64,000 nucleotides of DNA, taken from NCBI GenBank assembly GCA_965219445.1, contig CBDCNQ010000005.1:160001-224000 (forward strand), given 5' to 3'. This document shows positions 59,676 to 64,000 of the stretch, piece after piece; within the stretch, counting starts at the first letter, position 1; each line of letters begins with the position of its first letter. Below the pieces are notes generated by a model. It did not search any database and was not told the origin of the DNA. It was given only the letters and a program-made list of their open reading frames with translations. Both the position numbers and the translations under genes were made by a program. This stretch comes from Longimicrobiales bacterium (GTDB lineage: Bacteria > Gemmatimonadota > Gemmatimonadetes > Longimicrobiales > Gaopeijiaceae).

Positions 59676-60359
59676 ACCGGACTAGGCGAGGTACGCTAGG
59701 AGCCACCTTGCCTTGCCACTACGCGTGCCGGCTATGCCTCTCCGATGCTCAGGCCGGGCCGACTACCACTGCAATTCGGGCAGCGTCTTCGCCAGATGGC
59801 CGAACCGCTTGCGCCGTATCGGTGCTGGGACCGGCTGCCTCCGAGAACGTAGACGCCTTGATTGTGGTCGCTCCCTAACCTGTCTGTCCTGCAGACTACG
59901 TGGTTCACGTTGCCCACCGCCGCGACACCCATCGGCAGAGGCTGAGCTCCGGCTGGCGAAGCGCAGTCGAGCTCGGTGCTTCCGCATGCAGCTTGCCAAC
60001 GAAAGACACGTACATCATGGTCCGAGGAGAGTCGGGCACTGGATGAACCCGACGGGGGAAAGGAGGGTCGACTGGAGGAGGTGTATGAGTATGCCAGTAC
60101 GAGCGCACCTGCGATTACTCTGGTTCCTTCCTTGGCCCCTCGATGAGATACCCTTGCGAAAACGGGAAAACCGTACGAGCAGCTTGACCGGATTTGAGCA
60201 GCGGACAGAGGTTCTTCCTGCGGGGCGCTCCTCCGACCCGACAGTGCTTTGCCATCCGCGCTGACGCTTGCAATGGATACCGTTCCATTCGTTTCCTAAT
60301 TCCGCGCAGTCTATAAAGAAGGCACTTATTGGCCAACTGATCGAAAAGGGGATTGGTTT

Positions 60360-61376
60360 GTGGAGGAGAAGATCACTTATCGCCTGTGGTTGAAACTGCG
60401 GGTGGGCAAAGCACTGGCAACAGAGGAAACTGCCTTGACGGCGTCGGTAGCAGGCAGGACGGTCACGATCGAGTCCACCAGCCAGTCGGAACCGATTTCA
60501 AAGGCGTCCTGGTTGGTGATGGGATGTCGCGGATTCGAGACGGCAGATGACGCAAGGAAGTTTGGAGAGAAACTGCGACGAGCGGCGCATCTGGCTGGAT
60601 TGTGCGCCCGGGTAGGAGTGGACGCAGGGGACCCTGGCGAAGATCGTACTGTGTCGTGGGTCAATCCGGAGATACTACGCAGAAGCGGTGGTCTAAATCC
60701 GGATACACGAATCGGACCCGACTTGCATGGCATCCTAATCCTGCCAGATGACGGGAAGACCGTCTTTATTCGCTTGGGAGAGGCGAGGTTAACGGTGTCC
60801 TCCAACGCCGGCGATTTCGTTCGGACTCTTGAGGAGGCATTGCCGGAGATTGATGTGTTCGGAGGTGATTCTCCGTCGATTCGCCGGGCTATCAGAGTGC
60901 TGAATCTCGCAGAGATAAACACTGACCCAATCGCCAAGGTGGTTCTGGCGATCTCCACCGTTGAAGGCTTGGCGACCGATCCGCCATGGACAGACGAGCA
61001 GCAAAAATTCATCGAGAATTCCGCCGCTTGGCTGGAGCGGACCCATGCCGATGGGGAAGAGACCAGGCAGGTCGCCGAAGCAATTCGACGGATACGGAAG
61101 AACAGCATCCGTCAACGGCTAAGGAAGATGCTGGTTTCGAATGACTTGTCTGTCGTATGGCCAGATTGGGATAATCTGTACAAGAAGAGAAGCCGCTTGT
61201 TCCACGGTGGTAAGAGAGACGGAAGTGAGCACCGGGGCGACTATTTAGTGGAATCCGAAGTTCACGCTCTGGGGCAAGAGGCGATGAAGATGTGCACAAA
61301 AATTGTCCTCTCGATGGCTAAGCGAAGAGGAATTGCGGTTCCCGGCTGTGCCAAGGTGCATTTCGGTGTCGAATAG
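60360..61376 (+). CDS. HEPN-motif protein (ApeA-like HEPN, putative RNase)
   Basis: LAISTVEGL and LYKKRSRLFHG (Rx4H); lower GC than the flanks. Confidence 0.65.
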   Translation: MEEKITYRLWLKLRVGKALATEETALTASVAGRTVTIESTSQSEPISKASWLVMGCRGFETADDARKFGEKLRRAAHLAGLCARVGVDAGDPGEDRTVSWVNPEILRRSGGLNPDTRIGPDLHGILILPDDGKTVFIRLGEARLTVSSNAGDFVRTLEEALPEIDVFGGDSPSIRRAIRVLNLAEINTDPIAKVVLAISTVEGLATDPPWTDEQQKFIENSAAWLERTHADGEETRQVAEAIRRIRKNSIRQRLRKMLVSNDLSVVWPDWDNLYKKRSRLFHGGKRDGSEHRGDYLVESEVHALGQEAMKMCTKIVLSMAKRRGIAVPGCAKVHFGVE

Positions 61377-61779
61377 CAAGGAAACAGTACCGTTCTAACT
61401 GGGACTCCCCCGTCTGCGCGGGTGAAACCAATTCCGGGTCAAGTCCGTAGGATGTCGCCCTTCGGGTCACCGAAGGGTGGAAGGGTAGCACGACCCAACG
61501 AGGCGAAACGCGGGAGGAGACGCGTAGTTCAGGTTGACCCATCCCACGGCGGAACTGATGCCCGTGTCCCCCGGCAGGGGCGCTGGCGGGGATCAGTCGC
61601 CGCTTTGGCTTCCCGGGCACATGGACGGCCCGGCATCGTTGGCCTCCATCCCGCCGCCAGCCGCGCTCCGCGAGGCTGGTTGAACGGGTTCCCCGGAGCG
61701 CTCGCGGGGGTGCTCCGCCACCGCATTGGCGGCAGCCGACGACAGGTCTCGGACACGTCGGCGACGGGGTCGTTGGACG

Positions 61780-61875
61780 CCGCTAAGGTCAGGGAGCCAG
61801 CCTACCCTTTGGGGCCACGCTTCGCGGGTCCCCGGCAGGGGCTGGCGGGGGGCTGTGCCCCCTCTGACCCCCCCA
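61780..61875 (+). other. Putative oriT region
   Basis: GC-rich inverted repeats (ggggctgtgcccc) directly upstream of a mobC remnant; motif also duplicated at 61566..61591. Confidence 0.4.
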
Positions 61876-61894
61876 ACGGCAACGGCACATCCTG

Positions 61895-62020
61895 GGCGCT
61901 GGACGCGACGTGTGGGTGCAGATCCGCGCCAGCGAGGTGGAGCGCGCCGCGTGGCACGCCAAGGCACGCTCCGCAGGGTTGACGCTGTCGGATCTGGTGC
62001 GCCGGTCGGGTGGCCGGGGT
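61895..62020 (+). pseudogene. MobC-like ribbon-helix-helix relaxosome protein remnant
   Basis: Manual translation from 61904: RDVWVQIRASEVERAAWHAKARSAGLTLSDLVRRS; no in-frame start, truncated. Confidence 0.65.
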
Positions 62021-62336
62021 AGCTGTGTTCTAGCGGGAACCTGAACGGAGTACCGGGCGACTCCGAGGTCCCGCAGAAGGGAGGATTCCAGATGCCCAGG
62101 GGGACGGGCAGGATTGGCAGCTACTTACGGCGATCTTGCGTCTCAACGTCGTATCTTCCGAACGAGGCGGTCCCACGATGATGATTCTCTGATACAGCCT
62201 TCAAGCGGCGATTGGCTACCAGCATCCTGGGGCAACGTCAAGCCGTTGACACCGTTTAGCCTTTGTGCTAGCCCGTGTCACATTCGTCTGGACGGGGTGA
62301 GCGTGATCCCCCTGGGGGCGTTTGGGCCGTAGACCC

Positions 62337-62858
62337 TCAGTTCCCCGCCGACGAGGGCGGCACGATCCCGTTGATGCGCATGTAGGTGACCAGGTTCCCG
62401 TAGTGCTCGTAGTTGTGCATCGAATTGAACGCGAGCACGCCACCGACAGCCATATCGCCGCCGAAGAAGCTGACTGTCATCGCCGCCTGCTCATCGGTCA
62501 TGGAGGCGTACACGGCGTCGCAGTAGGCGAACGCGTCGGCGAGAGCGGCGGTGATTTGGGCCTTGGTGGTGGCGGTCTCTTCCAGGTTCTCCGACATCGG
62601 GTTGTCCTGGCCGGAAGCGGCCGAACAGAAGGCGTACTGGGAGTTGGCCACGTGAGCCAGAATCTGCCCGAGGGTGCGCACTTCGTCCGTGGGCCGGAAG
62701 TCGTAGAGGTCGGCCGGCACCTTATCCGCCGTCGCCTTCAGGTTGGTCACGGTGATGTCGTGGAGGCCGTTGAGGGAGCCCGTCAACTGCGCATGGGCTG
62801 GAGCGGACGCGGCGAGGACGAGCAACAGGACGGCTGCGGCTGTGGAAACGAGTTTCAT
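62337..62858 (-). CDS. DinB-family protein with signal peptide
   Basis: AHA-Q signal; FRPT..VRTLGQILAH, HNYEHYGNLVTYMR..GIVPPS. Confidence 0.88.
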   Translation of the reverse strand: MKLVSTAAAVLLLVLAASAPAHAQLTGSLNGLHDITVTNLKATADKVPADLYDFRPTDEVRTLGQILAHVANSQYAFCSAASGQDNPMSENLEETATTKAQITAALADAFAYCDAVYASMTDEQAAMTVSFFGGDMAVGGVLAFNSMHNYEHYGNLVTYMRINGIVPPSSAGN

Positions 62859-62959
62859 GCGGGTTCTCCTGAGTTGATTCGTGGTGAGTTGTGGATGGAT
62901 GAATCCTGCATCGTTGTAGAAACGGGTCGGGCCCGGATCCGGGTCTCACCGAATCCGTT

Positions 62960-63265
62960 GCCCCGACTGCTGCGGGCAGCACGTAGGCCGCCATGGTCGA
63001 GCGCCAGTCGCGTAGCGACTTCGAGTCGGCGTCGGCTCGCCAGGTCTCCGCCTTCTCCGCCAGCGCCCGCGGCTCGGCTTGAGCGAACGAGATCGTGCGC
63101 GCGCGGCGCGCGTCCGCCAGACTCACCAGCTCCGCGTTGCCGAGGCCGATGTCGACGCGCCGGCCGTGTACCATGAGTCGCTGGACCCACGAGCGGGAGC
63201 CGCTGTCGCGCACGCGCACCTGTTGAGCGGAAAGGGTGATTGCAGGGGTGATAGACGAAGATCAT
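62960..63265 (-). pseudogene. N-terminal remnant of a second P4-like integrase with internal deletions
   Basis: VRDSGSRSWVQRLMVHGRRVDIGLG..LVSLADAR...DWRSTMAAYVLP, paralogous to 58461..59675. Confidence 0.8.
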
Positions 63266-63315
63266 CTGAAGTCATAAGATGTGATGTAACATAGCGTTAT
63301 GATCTATGCTATAGC

Positions 63316-63345
63316 GGACTGGGCGGCCTACCTGGCCGGCGAGAC
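63316..63345 (+). repeat. 30-bp att-like repeat, copy 2 (orphan integrase C-terminus DWAAYLAGETL*)
   Basis: 27/30 identical to 59633..59662; two of the three mismatches are synonymous. Confidence 0.8.
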
Positions 63346-63724
63346 TCTAAACCCGGAGGCCGAGCTGTTCTAGGTGGAACCCGTAGCACCCGGTCATCAT
63401 GCGGAGCAGGCTATGTACAGACTCACCGTCCGATACGCCCTTCTCTCCCACGATCCCGTCCGCCGCGGTAACGCCGCGTGGACGAACCGCATGGTCCATC
63501 TAGCGTTCGCTGCGGAAGGGCGGCAAGCGTCGTCCCGGCCGCGTCGACCCTAGATGTCAGCATCGAGCGCCGGGTGAACTCGAAACAGCAGGAATCCAGC
63601 TTGACGGACAGGTTCATCGAACTGAGGATTGTCTTCCCAATGGCTCCTGGCACCAACAGTACGTTAAGATGGCCACTCGGTTTCTAGATCAATCATGGTT
63701 CACTGGAAATAGAGTCGAAGCATC

Positions 63725-64000
63725 TTGGAAACTCACGAGCGTGGACTAGGGGCATTGATTGGCTTGCTGGCGGTTGCCAGCCTGTGCATTGGGGCAGGCG
63801 AAGCCCACGCGCAGTCCGTCTTCTTTGTGCGCCTGGCTCCCGAGGTAGGCCGGATTACGGTCGAACACACCAAGGAAGTAACCATCCAGGGGGGATCGAG
63901 TTCAAGCACATCGTCCTCTTCGGGCCTCGCCCTCGCTGGCAACCTCTCGGTCGGGCTACTCTTGGAGCTCCCGGGGAGCTGGCTTGTGGGCGGCGAGATC
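63725..64000 (+). CDS. Secreted or outer-membrane hypothetical protein (partial, runs off the window)
   Basis: Manual translation: ...LGALIGLLAVASLCIGAGEAHA-QSVFFVRLAPEVG..., open to the window end. Confidence 0.55.
   Translation, partial: METHERGLGALIGLLAVASLCIGAGEAHAQSVFFVRLAPEVGRITVEHTKEVTIQGGSSSSTSSSSGLALAGNLSVGLLLELPGSWLVGGEI

Noticed and set aside
61401..61429. gggactcccccgtctgcgcgggtgaaacc resembles a type I-E CRISPR repeat
   Set aside because: Single copy, no spacers, no cas genes

Overview
GC-rich bacterial chromosomal window; the gene content is compatible with Gemmatimonadota, but that is an inference. About 1-52.7 kb is mostly housekeeping, envelope and transport genes: 2OG-Fe(II) oxygenase, aldo/keto reductase, CoA-transferase with one in-frame TGA, UvrC/Cho-like nuclease, HD phosphohydrolase, two sigma factors, rsgA, Fe/B12-type ABC importer, trpE, heme A synthase, sucA and two TonB-dependent receptors. 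From about 52.68 kb, where a YfiH/PgeF gene breaks off, the sequence is a decayed mosaic island. It holds a small-protein plus retropepsin-like protease pair, a complete 1462-bp IS1202-family element with a 16-bp target duplication, an intact P4-like tyrosine integrase, a HEPN-motif protein, an oriT/mobC remnant and a second, fragmented integrase. There are two best candidates for undescribed biology. (1) A 3.7-kb segment bounded by a 30-bp repeat of the integrase gene's own 3' end, suggesting elements that integrate into, or invert, integrase genes. (2) An intact membrane protein-SbcD-like-SbcC-like operon in which the ATPase motifs and some nuclease motifs are degenerate while the zinc hook is kept. 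No rRNA, tRNA or CRISPR array was seen. All product calls come from motif recognition by eye, with no database searches.
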